Shown: positions 62,495 through 64,000 of the stretch, piece by piece | Position numbering within the stretch: position 1 is the first letter of the stretch | Layout of the letters: each line of letters opens with the position of its first letter | DNA from: Heptranchias perlo | Lineage: Eukaryota | Direction: 5' to 3' | DNA length: 64,000 nucleotides | NCBI RefSeq assembly: GCF_035084215.1 | Contig: NC_090354.1 | Location: 30,504,001 to 30,568,000, forward strand | Program-made: the position numbers and the translations under genes | The notes under the pieces: generated by a model | The model's database searches: none | What the model saw: only the letters and a program-made list of their open reading frames with translations | What the model was told of the DNA's origin: nothing

Positions 62495-64000
62495 ATTATT
62501 GGCTAAGGGACAGAAAGCTGTGAACGGTTGCTTTTCAGACTGGAGGGAAGTATACGGTGGTGTCCCACAGGGGTCGGTGTTGGGATCACTGCTCTTTTTC
62601 ATATATGTGGTGTGTCGTAACAGCAGCATGTGGGAGTTGGTGGAGAGCAGCGTGATCCCCAGCAACCACATCTGCAGTAAGTGTCTGCAGCTTGAGGAAC
62701 TTCAGCTCAGAGTTGTTGGGCTGGAGTGCGAGCTGCAGACACTTCGATGCATCCGGGAGGAGGAGAGTTACCTGGACACTTCGATCCAGGAGGCAGTCAC
62801 ACCCCTTAGTAGTAGTTTAGATTCATTCACTGGTCAGGGACAGGAGGGTGTGACTGCAAGTCAGGCAGATACGGGAACCCAGGATCCTAGTGATGGAGGA
62901 GCCTCAGCCCTTGACCTTGTCCAAAGGTATGAGGTACTTGCTACCTGCACGGATGAGAGCAAGGACTGCAGGGAGGATGGGCAAACTGACCATGGCACCG
63001 TGGTACAGGGGGCCATTGAGGTGGGGAGAGTAAAAAGGAATGTGGTAGTGTTAGGGGATAGTATAGTCAGGGGGATAGACACTGTTCTCTGCAGCCGCGA
63101 CTGAGAGTCCCGAAGGTGTGTTGCCTGCCCGGTGCCAGGGTTAAGGACATCTCCTCGCGGCTGGAGAAGAACTTGGAGCATGAGGGGGAGGATCTAGTTG
63201 TTGTGGTCCATGTAGGGACCAACGACACAGGTAGAACTAGGAATGAGGTTCTGCTGAGACAGTTTGAGAAGCTAGGGTCTAACTTAATAAGCAGAACCTC
63301 TAAGGTAATAATCTCTGGATTACTACCTGAGCCATGCGCAAATTGGCATAGGGTCAAACAGATCAGAGAGTTGTGTGGGAGACAAGGGTTTTGATTCATG
63401 GGCCACTGGCACCAGTACTGGGGAAAGAGGGAGCTGTTCCAAAGGGACGGGCTCCACTTAAACTGGGCTAGGAGCAGCATCCTGGCGAATCAAATAACTA
63501 GGGCTGTAGATAGGGCTTCAAACTAAAAAGTTGGAGGGAGGGGTCAGGTGAGGGGAAATTTAGAAATCTAATGAGAAAAGTTAAAACAATAGTGACTTGG
63601 GTAAAGATAAGCAGAGTGTGGCAGGAAGGGAATAGACAGGTTAGCAATAATAGTGCAACAACAAGTAAGGTCAAGGCAGGAAAAAATGGTTAAAAAGTCA
63701 AAATTAAAGGCTCTTTATCTGAGTGCATGGAGCATTTGTAACAAGATAGATGAATTAATTGCACAAATAGAGATGAATGGGTTTGACCTAATAGCCATTA
63801 CAGAGACATGGTTGCAAAATGACCACGGTTGGGAACTAAATATTCCAGGATACATGACATTTAGAAAAGACAGGCAGAATGGAAAAGGTGGGGGTGTAGC
63901 CCTAATAATAAAGGATGACATAAGGACAGTGGTGAGAAAGGATCTTGGCTCAGAGGATCAGGAAGTAGAATCAGTATGGGTGGAAATAAGAAACAACAAG
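62495..64000 (+). mobile_element. Short CR1 RT fragment (62495-62605) fused to a CR1 5' region: ORF1 (zinc finger/leucine zipper plus SGNH esterase) and ORF2 endonuclease start
   Basis: HICSKCLQLEELQLRV, VVVLGDSIVRG, CLPGARVKDI, VVVHVGTND, DGLHLN; then DLIAITETWL..NIPGY..FRKDR..GGGVA. Contains stops. Confidence 0.92.

Overview
Repeat-rich vertebrate genomic DNA, most likely from a cartilaginous fish (shark), judged by CR1 LINEs, SacSINE1-like Deu-domain SINEs, LF-SINE-like elements and a Penelope element. Two host genes are well supported on the minus strand. CCDC103 (DNAAF19, dynein attachment factor) has three coding exons at 55135-55277, 48296-48425 and 45828-46295 (about 246 aa) and a probable non-coding first exon near 60291-60335. 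FAM187A is intronless (37325-38569, 414 aa). A GC-rich promoter at about 60.2-60.5 kb carries RFX X-boxes and splice donors on both strands, so it looks bidirectional; the partner is probably EFTUD2 by human synteny (inference only). Between CCDC103 and FAM187A lie frameshifted remnants of a second FAM187-family gene (FAM187B-like), split by TE insertions. The rest of the window is CR1 and L2 LINE fragments (one very young, with an intact 580-aa RT frame), SINEs, a solo LTR nested in a SINE, MITEs (one family carries a CR1 fragment), a Penelope element with a minimal hammerhead-ribozyme motif, and about a dozen minisatellites that produce most of the long ORFs in the track. I found no clear wholly novel system. 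The best leads are the FAM187B-like relic, the Penelope hammerhead, the 3-kb G-skewed array in CCDC103 intron 1, a basic-repeat ORF and a pre-miRNA-like hairpin. All homology calls were made by eye against remembered sequences, not by database search.
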